Positions 40,194 to 50,372 of a stretch of 64,000 nucleotides of DNA are shown in pieces; positions within the stretch are counted from its first letter, which is position 1; every line of letters begins with the position of its first letter. The notes beneath the pieces are model-generated. The model had not been told where the DNA came from. It did no database searches and saw only the letters and a list, made by a program, of their open reading frames with translations. The DNA lies in the NCBI RefSeq assembly GCF_988243305.1, contig NZ_OZ547136.1. One strand, given 5' to 3'. The translations under genes and the position numbers were made by a program.

Positions 40194-42359
40194 TTAGTGG
40201 TGCGAAGAGATCTTCACGCCGCCTTCCGGGATTGGAACGTACGGTGTTTCTTTGTCAGTACGTTTGTCGCTGTTACGCACCGCAAGCCAGGTTTTGAAAC
40301 CATAGAAGATGATGCTGTACACCACGATCAGGAACAGAATACTCAGACCTGCGTTGGTGTAGTTATTCACAACGATGTGGTTCATGTTGGCAATCTGCTG
40401 CGCCGTCAGGTCAGTACCGTTAGCAATCTTCTCTTTGTACTGGCTTGCCATGTAGAAGAAGCCTTCCATCTGCGGGTTGGTACTGAACAGTTTCAGGCCC
40501 AGCGCCCAGGTGGTGCAGATAAGCAGCCATACAGCCGGAACAACAGTTACCCAGATGTATTGGGTGCGCTTCATCTTAATCAGCACAACGGTACCCAGTA
40601 CCAGCGCCACGGCGGCCAGCATCTGGTTGGAGATACCGAACAGCGGCCACAGGCTCTTAACGCCGCCCAGCGGATCGACCACGCCCTGATACAGCAGGTA
40701 GCCCCACAGACCCACACAGCCCGCAGTACCGATGATACCAGCAACCAGAGAGTCGGTTTTTTTCAGGAACGGGATGAAGTTACCCAGCAGGTCTTGCAGC
40801 ATAAAGCGGCCAGAACGGGTACCCGCATCCAGCGCGGTCAGGATGAACAGGGCTTCGAACAGAATACCGAAGTGATACCAGAAGCCCATGTCAGCCATCG
40901 GCAGTACTTTGTGGAACACGTGAGCGATACCTACCGCCAGCGTTGGCGCACCACCTGCACGGTTCAGGACAGAAGGCTCACCAATGTCTTTCGCGGTTTG
41001 CAGGATCTGCTCTGGCGAAATCACGAAGCCCCAGGAGCTGACGGTCGCTGCCGCGTGTGCGGTAACGTCTTTCAGCTGCGCCATGATGATCGGCGCGTTC
41101 TCGCCACCCATTTCATGCAGGTTAGGCATGGTGATGCCAAGGCCAGCAGGCGGGGTATTCATCGCGAAGTAAAGACCCGGTTCGATGATGGACGCAGCAA
41201 CCAGCGCCATAATCGCCACGAAGGACTCCATCAGCATTGCGCCGTAGCCAATGAAACGCGCGTCGGTTTCATTAGCCAGCAGTTTCGGTGTCGTACCGGA
41301 AGAGATCAGTGCGTGGAAGCCAGATACCGCACCACAGGCGATGGTGATGAACAGGAACGGGAACAGAGCGCCTTTCCACAGCGGGCCAGTACCGTCAATG
41401 TACTGGGTCATCGCAGGCATTTTCAGTTCCGGGTTCAGCACCACGATACCCAGCGCCAGGCCGACGATAACGCCGATTTTCAGGAAGGTTGCCAGATAGT
41501 CGCGCGGTGCGAGGATCAGCCACACTGGCAGCAGTGCGGAAACAAACGCATAGCCAATCAGCGCGAAGGTAATGGTGGTGTCTTTAAAGGTCAGTGCCGG
41601 ACCCCAGTACGGATCGTGAGCAATCACGCCACCGAAGTAGATAGAGGCAACCAGCAGCACGATACCAATGACAGAGACTTCACCCACACGCCCCGGACGG
41701 ATAAAGCGCATGTAGATACCCATAAACAGCGCAATCGGTACGGTTGAGCAAACGGTGAAGACACCCCACGGACTTTCGGCCAGGGCTTTAACCACAATCA
41801 GCGCCAGGACGGCGAGGATGATGATCATGATTAAGAAACAGCCAAACAGCGCGATAGTCCCCGGTACTGGTCCCATCTCTTCTTTGATCATCTCACCGAG
41901 AGATGCGCCGTTACGGCGAGAGGAGATAAACAGCACCATAAAGTCCTGTACCGCACCGGCCAGCACGACCCCCGCCAGCAGCCACAGCGTGCCAGGCAGG
42001 TAGCCCATCTGCGCGGCGAGAACCGGACCCACCAGCGGACCAGCACCGGCGATAGCGGCGAAGTGGTGACCAAACAACACGTAACGGTTGGTCGGAACAT
42101 AGTTCAGACCGTCGTTGTTAATAACCGCAGGCGTCGCTCGCGTGGGGTCGAGTTTCATTACCTTCTGGGCGATGTACAGACTGTAGTAGCGATAAGCCAC
42201 CAGATACACCGACACAGAGGCGACCACGATCCACAGGGCACTGACGTGCTCCCCCCGACGTAATGCAACTACCGCGAGGCAGAATGCACCGATGATTCCG
42301 AGAATCACCCAGGGTATGTGCTTGAATAGTTTTTTCGTATCCATAGTAAAACCTGGCAT
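40194..42359 (-). CDS. btsT: CstA-family pyruvate/proton symporter BtsT (YjiY), 721 aa
   Basis: A 721-aa polytopic membrane protein of the CstA family. Its position matches yjiY. Confidence 0.9.
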   Translation of the reverse strand: MPGFTMDTKKLFKHIPWVILGIIGAFCLAVVALRRGEHVSALWIVVASVSVYLVAYRYYSLYIAQKVMKLDPTRATPAVINNDGLNYVPTNRYVLFGHHFAAIAGAGPLVGPVLAAQMGYLPGTLWLLAGVVLAGAVQDFMVLFISSRRNGASLGEMIKEEMGPVPGTIALFGCFLIMIIILAVLALIVVKALAESPWGVFTVCSTVPIALFMGIYMRFIRPGRVGEVSVIGIVLLVASIYFGGVIAHDPYWGPALTFKDTTITFALIGYAFVSALLPVWLILAPRDYLATFLKIGVIVGLALGIVVLNPELKMPAMTQYIDGTGPLWKGALFPFLFITIACGAVSGFHALISSGTTPKLLANETDARFIGYGAMLMESFVAIMALVAASIIEPGLYFAMNTPPAGLGITMPNLHEMGGENAPIIMAQLKDVTAHAAATVSSWGFVISPEQILQTAKDIGEPSVLNRAGGAPTLAVGIAHVFHKVLPMADMGFWYHFGILFEALFILTALDAGTRSGRFMLQDLLGNFIPFLKKTDSLVAGIIGTAGCVGLWGYLLYQGVVDPLGGVKSLWPLFGISNQMLAAVALVLGTVVLIKMKRTQYIWVTVVPAVWLLICTTWALGLKLFSTNPQMEGFFYMASQYKEKIANGTDLTAQQIANMNHIVVNNYTNAGLSILFLIVVYSIIFYGFKTWLAVRNSDKRTDKETPYVPIPEGGVKISSHH

Positions 42360-42601
42360 TTTACTCGTCGTCTTTTGGCTTACAGGTGCGGCAGCTGCGT
42401 TCGTTCACCCCTGTCACTTACTGTTGTAAGCTCCCGGGGATTCACTCACTTGCTGCCTTCCTGCAAACCAAAATCCATAGAGTAATTTGTTAATCATAGG
42501 CCGAAGCCGTTCTAGGTTTGCGTTGCGTTTGAGGAGGTAAATTGACCGCTATCCTGCAGTGATGTTGCCAGAGATACGCGCGCGTAAAGTAAGGTAAATA
42601 A

Positions 42602-42651
42602 CTGAGTGGTTATTTTAGGGATGTAAGCGGTCAGGAATGGCGGTGAGCGGT
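42602..42651 (-). promoter_or_regulatory. BtsR (YehT) LytTR-type response-regulator binding repeats in the btsT promoter
   Basis: On the minus strand ACCGCTCA, ACCGCTTA and ACCACTCA appear in direct orientation with spacing of about 12-13 bp. This matches the published ACC(G/A)CT(C/T)A direct-repeat motif. Confidence 0.5.
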
Positions 42652-42736
42652 TGGGCAAGAATTATTCATCGGGTGGATATGTGATTGAGATCACAATAAA
42701 AATGCCCCTTCGACGAATGCGTGAAGGGGCTGGAGC

Positions 42737-43249
42737 TTAAATCGCAGCTTCCATTTCCAGCATCACCGGATGGAAACGGCGTTTAAAGTAGATAAGTCCG
42801 TGACCTTCTGCACTGAGGATGATGTTTTTAATCTCCACCAGATACACCAGATGTGTGCCAATTGCCTGCACATCGCGGATCTCACCTTCAAGACTGGCCA
42901 GCGAACCTTTTAGCACCGGCTGCGCCAGCGGACCTTTTTGCCAGCATGAGAGGCTAAAACGCTCTTCCATCGCCATGCCTGTCATGCCCGCGAAGTGGCG
43001 TGCCATCAGTTCCTGCTCATGGTTGAGGACGTTGACGCACAACTTGCCGTTGCCCTGAAAAACCGGGTTCATCGCACTGTTGGCGTTAATGCACACCATC
43101 AGCGACGGTGGTGTATCCGTGACCGAGCAGACAGCCGTTGCCGTAATCCCGCATTGTCCGGCGTCGCCCTCGGTGGTGATAATATTTACCGCTGCCGACA
43201 GGCTGGCCATTGCGTCACGAAAGCGCAGGCGTTGTTCATCTAATTGCAT
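42737..43249 (-). CDS. hpaC: 4-hydroxyphenylacetate 3-monooxygenase reductase (flavin:NADH oxidoreductase) component, 170 aa
   Basis: A 170-aa flavin-reductase-like ORF downstream of hpaB. Confidence 0.85.
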   Translation of the reverse strand: MQLDEQRLRFRDAMASLSAAVNIITTEGDAGQCGITATAVCSVTDTPPSLMVCINANSAMNPVFQGNGKLCVNVLNHEQELMARHFAGMTGMAMEERFSLSCWQKGPLAQPVLKGSLASLEGEIRDVQAIGTHLVYLVEIKNIILSAEGHGLIYFKRRFHPVMLEMEAAI

Positions 43250-43266
43250 CTTAACCTCCTGCTGCG

Positions 43267-44829
43267 TTATTTCAGCAGCTTATCCAGCATGTTGATATCG
43301 TCGTTGTTGTGCAGGTGCGGCACAGTCCAGCCGTTCTGGTCGTATTCCGACAGGCAGCGATCAACCATCGCCATCATCTTGTCCATATTGCCGGAGCTTT
43401 GTGCCTGGCGCAGACACTGCAGGCGAATCTCATCCTGGCTACCGGAGTAGTTGATTTCATACAGTTCGTGACGACCACCAAATTCGCTGCCAATAGCATC
43501 CCACATCAGTTTGAGGATCTTGATGCGCTGGACGTGATCCATACCGTTCGAACCGCGCACATACTTCGCCAGATACTGGTCGATCTGCGGATTGTTCAGG
43601 TCACGGGCACTGGAAGGGAGATAGATCAGGCCACTGGTAACGTTGCGTTCGATAATGTTTTTGATCTTCGCGTAGGCCATTGGTGCCAGTACGCGATAGG
43701 TTTGCAGTGCGGCATGATCCGGTAAATAAGCCCCGTTGACCCACGGCGTCGCTTCTGAACACATCGAGTCACTCAATGCCCAGAAGGTGTTGCGCCACGC
43801 CACCACTTCACCGAGATCGGCCTGCACACCACGGAACTCCAGGGTGCCGGTACATTCGAGTGATTTTTTCAGCAGTGCCGTAATGAAGTCGAGTTTCACT
43901 GCCAGGCGCACACAGGCTTGCAGCGGATACATACGGGCGAAACCGCCTTCCATCGTCCAGCGACGGCAGCGATCAAAATCGCGGTAGATCAGCACGTTTT
44001 CCCATGGGATCAGCACGTTATCCATCACCAGAATCGCATCGTTCTCATCGAAGCGGCTGGAGAGCGGGTAGTCGTACGGCGAGCCGGTAGCACCCGCGAC
44101 CATCTCATAAGAGGCGCGGGAGATTAATTTCACGCCATCGGCATCCATTGGCGCAACGAACATCAGTGCGAAGTCCGGGTTTTCGCCCATCACTTGTGCC
44201 GAGCCGAAGCCAATCATGTTGTAGTGAGTCAGCGCCGAGTTGGTGGCAACCACTTTCGCACCGCTGACGATAATCCCGGCGTCAATCTCTTTTTCCAGCT
44301 TGATGTAAACGTCTTTCACTTTATCGGTCGGCAAATGACGATCAATCGGTGGGTTAACAATCGCGTGGTTAAAGTAGAGGCCAGTTTCCTGAATACGGGT
44401 GTACCAGTTACGGGCGTTCTGCTCGAACTGACCGTAAAAGCCCGGATTCGCGCCCAGTGCGCAACCGAAAGCAGCCTTGTAGTCTGGGGTACGGCCCATC
44501 CAGCCATAGCTCAGGCGTGACCACTCAGCGATGGCGTCGCGTTGCTGGCGCAGGTCGTCGGCACTTTTCGCCACGCGGAAGAATTTATGGGTATAGCCGC
44601 CGCTGCCGGTGTCGGTGTTCCAACACAGAGAGTCCTGCATCTCCGGTTTGTGCAGCGCGTCGTACAGTTGGGCAACAGACGCTGCCGCATTACGAAATGC
44701 CGGATGAGTGGTGACGTCTTTCACTCGCTCGCCATAGATATAGATCTCGCGACCATCCTGCAGGCTTTTCAGATACTCTTCCCCGGTGAACGGACGTTGG
44801 GTACTGGCGCGGAAATCTTCTGGTTTCAT
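43267..44829 (-). CDS. hpaB: 4-hydroxyphenylacetate 3-monooxygenase oxygenase component, 520 aa
   Basis: A 520-aa ORF of the TC-FDM family. Length matches HpaB. Confidence 0.9.
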   Translation of the reverse strand: MKPEDFRASTQRPFTGEEYLKSLQDGREIYIYGERVKDVTTHPAFRNAAASVAQLYDALHKPEMQDSLCWNTDTGSGGYTHKFFRVAKSADDLRQQRDAIAEWSRLSYGWMGRTPDYKAAFGCALGANPGFYGQFEQNARNWYTRIQETGLYFNHAIVNPPIDRHLPTDKVKDVYIKLEKEIDAGIIVSGAKVVATNSALTHYNMIGFGSAQVMGENPDFALMFVAPMDADGVKLISRASYEMVAGATGSPYDYPLSSRFDENDAILVMDNVLIPWENVLIYRDFDRCRRWTMEGGFARMYPLQACVRLAVKLDFITALLKKSLECTGTLEFRGVQADLGEVVAWRNTFWALSDSMCSEATPWVNGAYLPDHAALQTYRVLAPMAYAKIKNIIERNVTSGLIYLPSSARDLNNPQIDQYLAKYVRGSNGMDHVQRIKILKLMWDAIGSEFGGRHELYEINYSGSQDEIRLQCLRQAQSSGNMDKMMAMVDRCLSEYDQNGWTVPHLHNNDDINMLDKLLK

Positions 44830-45055
44830 GTCGACCTCTACAGTATTAATCGGAATACGATTGTTAATTTTGTGTGTTGTTTTTGTTATTCAATTGAATC
44901 GTTGAACGCGGTTGTCGGGAAGAGACGTTTCAGGCGAACGTTGGTACTTTTCGCCAGCAAGGTGGAGTTAAATAGTAAACTGCGATCGTGATCAACTTAC
45001 AGTAAGGCAAATCATAATATTCCCCGCTAACAAGGGCTAACGGGGACGGAATTGT

Positions 45056-45994
45056 TTATGGGGCGAATGGAATGGTAATCGTCATATTTTCATGACCAAC
45101 GACGATAGGGCCTGAATAGTTTTTCTGTGCTTCTTGCTTCCATGTTTCATCCGGAACGGTGATTGGTACCAGGTGGCTAAGGATGAGTTTTTTCACTTTT
45201 GCTTCATTGGCAATTTTGCCTACATCCTCAATAGTCGTATGGTGAGAAGCAATGGCTTTTGCCAGTGTTTTACCATTGCCAATACTGTCTGCCAGCTTAG
45301 CGACGGAGGGCTCATGTACGGCCTCATGCACAAGTATATCAGCGCCTTCTGAGAAAGTTGCCAGTGGGGGAAAGTACGAGGTATCTCCTGAGAAGACAAT
45401 TCGCTTGCCTTGTGTGTCGAAGCGATAAGCAAAAGCCTCACCGTCAGGGAAAGGAGAATGAGGAACCTTTAATGCAGTCACGGTCACGGTATCATCTTTA
45501 TAAACTACGCCTTCACCAACATCTTGAGCTGTAACGAGCTTGCGAGGATCGGGTTTTCCTTCTTCTTCCATACGCAGTGTGATGTCCCGATCGAAGACCT
45601 GCCAACTGGCAGCGGTCATGGCTCGGGTACCTGGCGGACCGAACACATGAATATTTTTGTCCTGCAGACCGCTAGCCCATGCATTCATTAAGACTGAGGG
45701 ATAGTCCAGAATATGATCACTGTGTAAATGGGTGAGTAAAATATTATCAATCTGGCGCAGTGGAATATTATTTTTTACCAGTTGTAAGCTGGCCCCGTAA
45801 CCAGCATCAATTAACCATGTTTTATTGCCAATAATAAGTGCCGTTGCCATCGGCAAACGGTCAGCTTTTAATAAAGAAGGGCCACCTTTCGTTCCAAGTA
45901 GTACAATTTTCATTTCTTGCAGTTCGGAGGCGTAGGTGAATGCCACTGGCGCAATCAGGCACGCCACAAATAGTGAGCGTAAAGATATTTTCAT
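45056..45994 (-). CDS. Secreted metallo-beta-lactamase-fold hydrolase (signal peptide plus HxHxDH), about 312 aa, between hpaA and hpaB
   Basis: The start is refined to MKISLRSLFVACLIAPVAFTYA (signal peptide). It carries the MBL zinc motif LTHLHSDHI. GC is lower than in the flanking hpa genes. Confidence 0.7.
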   Translation of the reverse strand: MKISLRSLFVACLIAPVAFTYASELQEMKIVLLGTKGGPSLLKADRLPMATALIIGNKTWLIDAGYGASLQLVKNNIPLRQIDNILLTHLHSDHILDYPSVLMNAWASGLQDKNIHVFGPPGTRAMTAASWQVFDRDITLRMEEEGKPDPRKLVTAQDVGEGVVYKDDTVTVTALKVPHSPFPDGEAFAYRFDTQGKRIVFSGDTSYFPPLATFSEGADILVHEAVHEPSVAKLADSIGNGKTLAKAIASHHTTIEDVGKIANEAKVKKLILSHLVPITVPDETWKQEAQKNYSGPIVVGHENMTITIPFAP

Positions 45995-46020
45995 GTCGAG
46001 TCTCTCAGGTTGATAAATGG

Positions 46021-46914
46021 TCAGCGACCACGGAATTGTGTTGGTGAGCAACCCATCATTCGGTTGAAAAAACGGGCGAAATAGGCGGGATCTTTGTAGC
46101 CAAGATCAAGGGCAATCTGGTTGATGCTTTGCTCGCTATAGAGCAGAAGCCGTCTGGCTTCCCGGCTCATTCGTTCGAAAATCAATCTCTTCGGCGATTG
46201 ATTGGCAAAACGTCGGCATAGCTCGGTAAGCCGTGATTCACTCATACCGAGCATTGCTGCATATTCAGGGACCATTAAATGTTGGCGATAATTTTCGTCA
46301 ATCAGCCGATTAAACTTCTGGAATAAACACATCTCGCCGCGCACGCTGCATGTTGAAATATCATTTGGTGGTGCTTCACGCAGTAGGATTGTAAAAATAC
46401 TTTGCGCCAGTGATTGCAATAGAATTTCCCGTCCTGGCTTATTTTGTTGAAACTCCAGGGATATTATCGGCCAATAATGATTTAATGCCGCCAGTGTATG
46501 TTCCATTCCCTCCAGCGACAGACAGATACCTTGTAGCATTGCGGCATCTCCACTACCAGGCCAGAGCTTTTCTACCAGGGGCCAAATTAACTCCTGACGT
46601 ACGGTCAGAACATGCCCGTCGCTATCAGGCTCAGTAAAGAAAGTATGTGGCACCGATGGTGGTGTTAGTACAAAAAGCGGTGCGCGCACAGAATAGAAGT
46701 GCTCATCCAGCTGTAAAGTAATGCGTCCAGTGACCAGATAATGGAGTTGAAAATATCTATCGTGCCAGTGAGGGCGCATATCGCGTCCAAAGAAATTCGC
46801 TAACCTGGCAAATGTTTCATAATGCACATCTTCACCAGCGTAGCGGGCATCATATTCCCGGACCAAATCAATATTTTCATAACCATGTTCAAAGATAGCT
46901 TCACTGGACATCAT
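46021..46914 (-). CDS. hpaA: AraC/XylS-family activator of hpaBC, 297 aa
   Basis: Cupin-like N-terminus plus a C-terminal AraC HTH (…SINQIALDLGYKDPAYFARFFNRMMGCSPTQFR…). Confidence 0.85.
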   Translation of the reverse strand: MMSSEAIFEHGYENIDLVREYDARYAGEDVHYETFARLANFFGRDMRPHWHDRYFQLHYLVTGRITLQLDEHFYSVRAPLFVLTPPSVPHTFFTEPDSDGHVLTVRQELIWPLVEKLWPGSGDAAMLQGICLSLEGMEHTLAALNHYWPIISLEFQQNKPGREILLQSLAQSIFTILLREAPPNDISTCSVRGEMCLFQKFNRLIDENYRQHLMVPEYAAMLGMSESRLTELCRRFANQSPKRLIFERMSREARRLLLYSEQSINQIALDLGYKDPAYFARFFNRMMGCSPTQFRGR

Positions 46915-46920
46915 GACTCC

Positions 46921-48288
46921 TTATTGCGGTTTTGGTGCGATAAGTTCAGATGAAAGAGAGTGTTCCCGACTCCCCATAGGAATTCGGGTCATGACTAACG
47001 CGCCCAGTACCAGTAATCCTGCTACAAACCACAAACCTGAGCTAAAACTGCCGGTTGCATCTTTCAAAATACCGATAAGTAATGGACTGACTGCTGAACC
47101 TACATTACCGACAGCATTGATGACAGCCATCGCAACGGCACGCGATTGCAAGCTTATTACTTGATCCGGTGTCGTCCAAAAGATAGCCATTGCGGTAAAT
47201 GATCCCATTGAGGCCATAATGATGCCGCTCAGTTGAATGAGGCTGTGATCAGTCGCAGAAGCGAGTAACCATCCGGCAGCGGCAAACAGGTAGGGAAGAA
47301 TCGTATGCTTTTTGCGTTCTTTAAGACGGTCGGAACGACGACTCCACCAGATCATGCCAAAAATTGTGCAGAATTGGGGGATGGCCGCCAGCAAACCAAT
47401 CATGATGTTGCTACTGCCAGTATTGAAACTCTGTAGGATTTGCGGCGTCCAGATATTAATCGCACTCAGAGTATTGGTCAGGCAAAAATAAGCAAGTGTA
47501 TATAGCATGATGGCTGGGGTCAGGACTTCACGTAAGGTTGAGCGTGGAACAGATGCATGGGCAAATGCACTCTCTTGTTCACGGAGAATCATCGTTTTTA
47601 AAGCCTGTTTTTCGTTTTCATCAAGCCAGGTCGCCTGGTCTGGTGTATCGTTGAGATAAAACCAGGTGACGACACCAAGAATGACCGATGGCAGACCTTC
47701 CAGCAAAAAGAGCCATTGCCAGCCTTTTAGATTCCACAGTCCATCCAAGGCCAGAATGTAGCCTGAAAGGATCGATCCCAGCATCATAGTGACTGGCATC
47801 GCTATCATAAATAAGGCATTGGCTCTGGCCCGATGATATGCCGGGAACCACCAGGTCAGATAAACCAAAATACCAGGTAAAAAACCCGCCTCAGCAATAC
47901 CAACCAGCATACGCAGTAGATAGAGTGTTTCGGGGCTTGTTGCAAACATTGTGCAGGTGGAAGCAACTCCCCAGACCACCATGATCCCAGCGATCCATCG
48001 ACGAGCGCCAATTTTCGCTAACATCATATTACTGGGGATCCCGCACATGACGTACGTGACATAAAAGAGTGTCGCGGCGAGGCCAAACATTGTGGACGTC
48101 AGGCCAAGATCCTTGCCCATTGTCAGTCCGGCAAATCCTATATTGATGCGATCAAGAAACGAAAAAACAAACAGAATAAAAAGAAAAATGATTAGGCGAC
48201 GAAATAATTTATTAATGACACGATGTTCAATTTCAACAGTTTTATTATCTTTATATTGCAGGGTAGAGGTCGTCATGATGCGCTCCAC
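46921..48288 (-). CDS. hpaX: 4-hydroxyphenylacetate permease (MFS), 455 aa
   Basis: A 12-transmembrane MFS transporter immediately upstream of hpaA, as in the E. coli W hpa cluster. Confidence 0.85.
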   Translation of the reverse strand: MERIMTTSTLQYKDNKTVEIEHRVINKLFRRLIIFLFILFVFSFLDRINIGFAGLTMGKDLGLTSTMFGLAATLFYVTYVMCGIPSNMMLAKIGARRWIAGIMVVWGVASTCTMFATSPETLYLLRMLVGIAEAGFLPGILVYLTWWFPAYHRARANALFMIAMPVTMMLGSILSGYILALDGLWNLKGWQWLFLLEGLPSVILGVVTWFYLNDTPDQATWLDENEKQALKTMILREQESAFAHASVPRSTLREVLTPAIMLYTLAYFCLTNTLSAINIWTPQILQSFNTGSSNIMIGLLAAIPQFCTIFGMIWWSRRSDRLKERKKHTILPYLFAAAGWLLASATDHSLIQLSGIIMASMGSFTAMAIFWTTPDQVISLQSRAVAMAVINAVGNVGSAVSPLLIGILKDATGSFSSGLWFVAGLLVLGALVMTRIPMGSREHSLSSELIAPKPQ

Positions 48289-48297
48289 ATCGTACGT

Positions 48298-49101
48298 TTA
48301 GTAGACAGAGTTGTTGTTTTGCTTCGCCATCGAAATAGAAGAACTATTACCAAACCGTGCTGCCAGCGCTTCGGCGGCGCGGGCGAGCAGGGTGGTGTCA
48401 ACGCCGACGGCGACAAATAGCGCGCCCAGTTCCAGGTAGTGTTTTGCCAGTTGCTCATTGGCGATCAGGATACCCGGCGCCTTACCCGCTTCGCGGATCT
48501 GCACGATCGCCTGCTCAATCGCGGCCTGCACTTCCGGGTGTTGCGGATTACCGGCATAACCCATATCGGCGCTCAGATCCGCCGGGCCGATAAACACGCC
48601 GTCGACGCCTTCCACGTCCAGAATCTGCGGTAAGTTCTTCATTGCCTCACGCGTTTCGATCTGCACCAGTACGCACATTTGATCGTTGGCTTTTTGCAGG
48701 TAATCCGGAATACGGTTCCAGCGCGAGGCGCGTGCCAGCGCACTGCCCACACCGCGAATACCGGCGGGGGGATAACGGGTGGCGCGTACCGCTTCACGGG
48801 CTTCGTCGGCGTTTTGTACCATCGGCACCAGTAAGGTTTGTGTGCCGACGTCCAGCAGTTGTTTGATTTGCACCGGATCGTTCCACGATGGGCGTATCAC
48901 CGGCTGGCTGGGGTAGGGCGCAATCGCCTGTAGCTGGGTGAGCACGGTTTGCACGTTATTCGGCGCGTGCTCACCGTCGATCAATAACCAGTCGAATCCT
49001 GCTCCGGCCAGTAACTCTGCGCTGTAGCTGCTACTCAGCCCCAGCCATAATCCGATCTGCGGGCGGCCTGCTTTCAGCGCCGCTTTAAAACTGTTTTCCA
49101 T
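48298..49101 (-). CDS. hpaI: 2,4-dihydroxyhept-2-ene-1,7-dioate aldolase, about 267 aa
   Basis: The start is refined to [21 protein letters not shown]… (HpcH/HpaI aldolase family). The longer ORF would overlap hpaH. Confidence 0.8.
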   Translation of the reverse strand: MENSFKAALKAGRPQIGLWLGLSSSYSAELLAGAGFDWLLIDGEHAPNNVQTVLTQLQAIAPYPSQPVIRPSWNDPVQIKQLLDVGTQTLLVPMVQNADEAREAVRATRYPPAGIRGVGSALARASRWNRIPDYLQKANDQMCVLVQIETREAMKNLPQILDVEGVDGVFIGPADLSADMGYAGNPQHPEVQAAIEQAIVQIREAGKAPGILIANEQLAKHYLELGALFVAVGVDTTLLARAAEALAARFGNSSSISMAKQNNNSVY

Positions 49102-49111
49102 CGTTCTCTCC

Positions 49112-49915
49112 TTAAACAAAGCGGCAGCTAATGGAGCCCATGTTGCCGTAATCGACGTGGAAGGTGTCGCCCTTACGCGCCGGAACCGGGCGGGTGAACG
49201 AACCGCCGAGAATGATTTGCCCGGCTTCCAGTTGTACGTCATACGGTGCGAGTTTGTTCGCCAGCCAGGCTACGCCGTTTGCCGGATGATTCAGCACACC
49301 AGCGGCGACGCCGGTTTCTTCAATCACGCCATTGCGATACATCAGGGCGGAGATCCAGCGCAGATCCAACTCATCGGGCTTAATGGGACGACCGCCGAGG
49401 ATCACCCCGGCGTTGGCGGCGTTATCGGAAATGGTGTCGAACACTTTGCGCGGGCGCTGGGTTTCCGGATCGATGTTGTGGCAGCGAGCGTCGATCAGCT
49501 CCAGCGCCGGGATCACATAATCCGTGGCGTTGTAGACGTCGAACAGCGTGCAGTTTGGTCCACGCAGCGGTTTTGCCAGCACGAAAGCCAGCTCCACTTC
49601 AATGCGCGGCACGATAAAGCGATCGGTCGGGATATCGCTGCCATCGTGGAAGAACATGTCATCCAGCAGGGCACCGTAATCCGGTTCGCTGATTTGCGAG
49701 CTGGCCTGCATCGCTTTCGAGGTCAGGCCGATTTTGTGGCCTTTCAGCGTACGGCCTTCGGCAATTTTCAGGCGGACCCATTCGCGCTGCACCGCGTAAG
49801 CGTCTTCGATGGTGATCTCCGGGTAATCCAGCGAGATCGCGCGGATCTGTTCGCGCTGTTTTTCTGCCTGATCCAGACGCTGGGCGATCAGGGTGTGGGT
49901 GTGTTTATCGAACAT
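49112..49915 (-). CDS. hpaH: 2-oxo-hept-4-ene-1,7-dioate hydratase, about 267 aa
   Basis: The start is refined to [20 protein letters not shown]…. Hydratase/decarboxylase (MhpD-like) family. Confidence 0.8.
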   Translation of the reverse strand: MFDKHTHTLIAQRLDQAEKQREQIRAISLDYPEITIEDAYAVQREWVRLKIAEGRTLKGHKIGLTSKAMQASSQISEPDYGALLDDMFFHDGSDIPTDRFIVPRIEVELAFVLAKPLRGPNCTLFDVYNATDYVIPALELIDARCHNIDPETQRPRKVFDTISDNAANAGVILGGRPIKPDELDLRWISALMYRNGVIEETGVAAGVLNHPANGVAWLANKLAPYDVQLEAGQIILGGSFTRPVPARKGDTFHVDYGNMGSISCRFV

Positions 49916-49982
49916 GGCGATATCCTGTGGCATTGCCGGATGCGGCTGCGCCTTATCATCCGGCCTGGAAGCTGGTACAAAT

Positions 49983-50363
49983 TTATTTAAACAACGCGTG
50001 TACGTTGTTCTGTTTGAAATTCAACGTCGGGTGCAGCTCTGCAATCTCAAATGAAAGCGCCAGGTAACGGCTCTCCATCAGTGAGGCGAAGTGCGTTTTA
50101 ATCAGATCAAACAGCATTTCGCCTACTTCCTGACGGCTTTCCAGACTGCGCCCGCTGCCGATTTTTAGCGTCATATGCACAAAGGCGTAATCGTGCTTGC
50201 CATCAGCCATTTGCCAGGTATCGATCCAGTGCGCCCGGCTACGTATTCCCCCAAGCGGAAAAATCCCCGTCGCCGCCAGTGCAGTGTTAACACTGGCAAA
50301 CAGCTCAGGTAAGCGGGCTTCTTGACGAATATTTTCAGTACATTCCACGATAAAGTGCGGCAT
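49983..50363 (-). CDS. hpaF: 5-carboxymethyl-2-hydroxymuconate isomerase, 126 aa
   Basis: A 126-aa ORF. Length and position match HpaF. Confidence 0.85.
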   Translation of the reverse strand: MPHFIVECTENIRQEARLPELFASVNTALAATGIFPLGGIRSRAHWIDTWQMADGKHDYAFVHMTLKIGSGRSLESRQEVGEMLFDLIKTHFASLMESRYLALSFEIAELHPTLNFKQNNVHALFK

Positions 50364-50372
50364 GGTGGTTCC

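Noticed and set aside
40197-41747. 516-aa ORF on the plus strand
   Set aside because: It is entirely antisense to btsT, a well-supported 721-aa CstA-family transporter. The translation is Arg/His/Gln-rich with no recognizable motif. Such long ORFs are typical of GC-rich codon-biased antisense strands.
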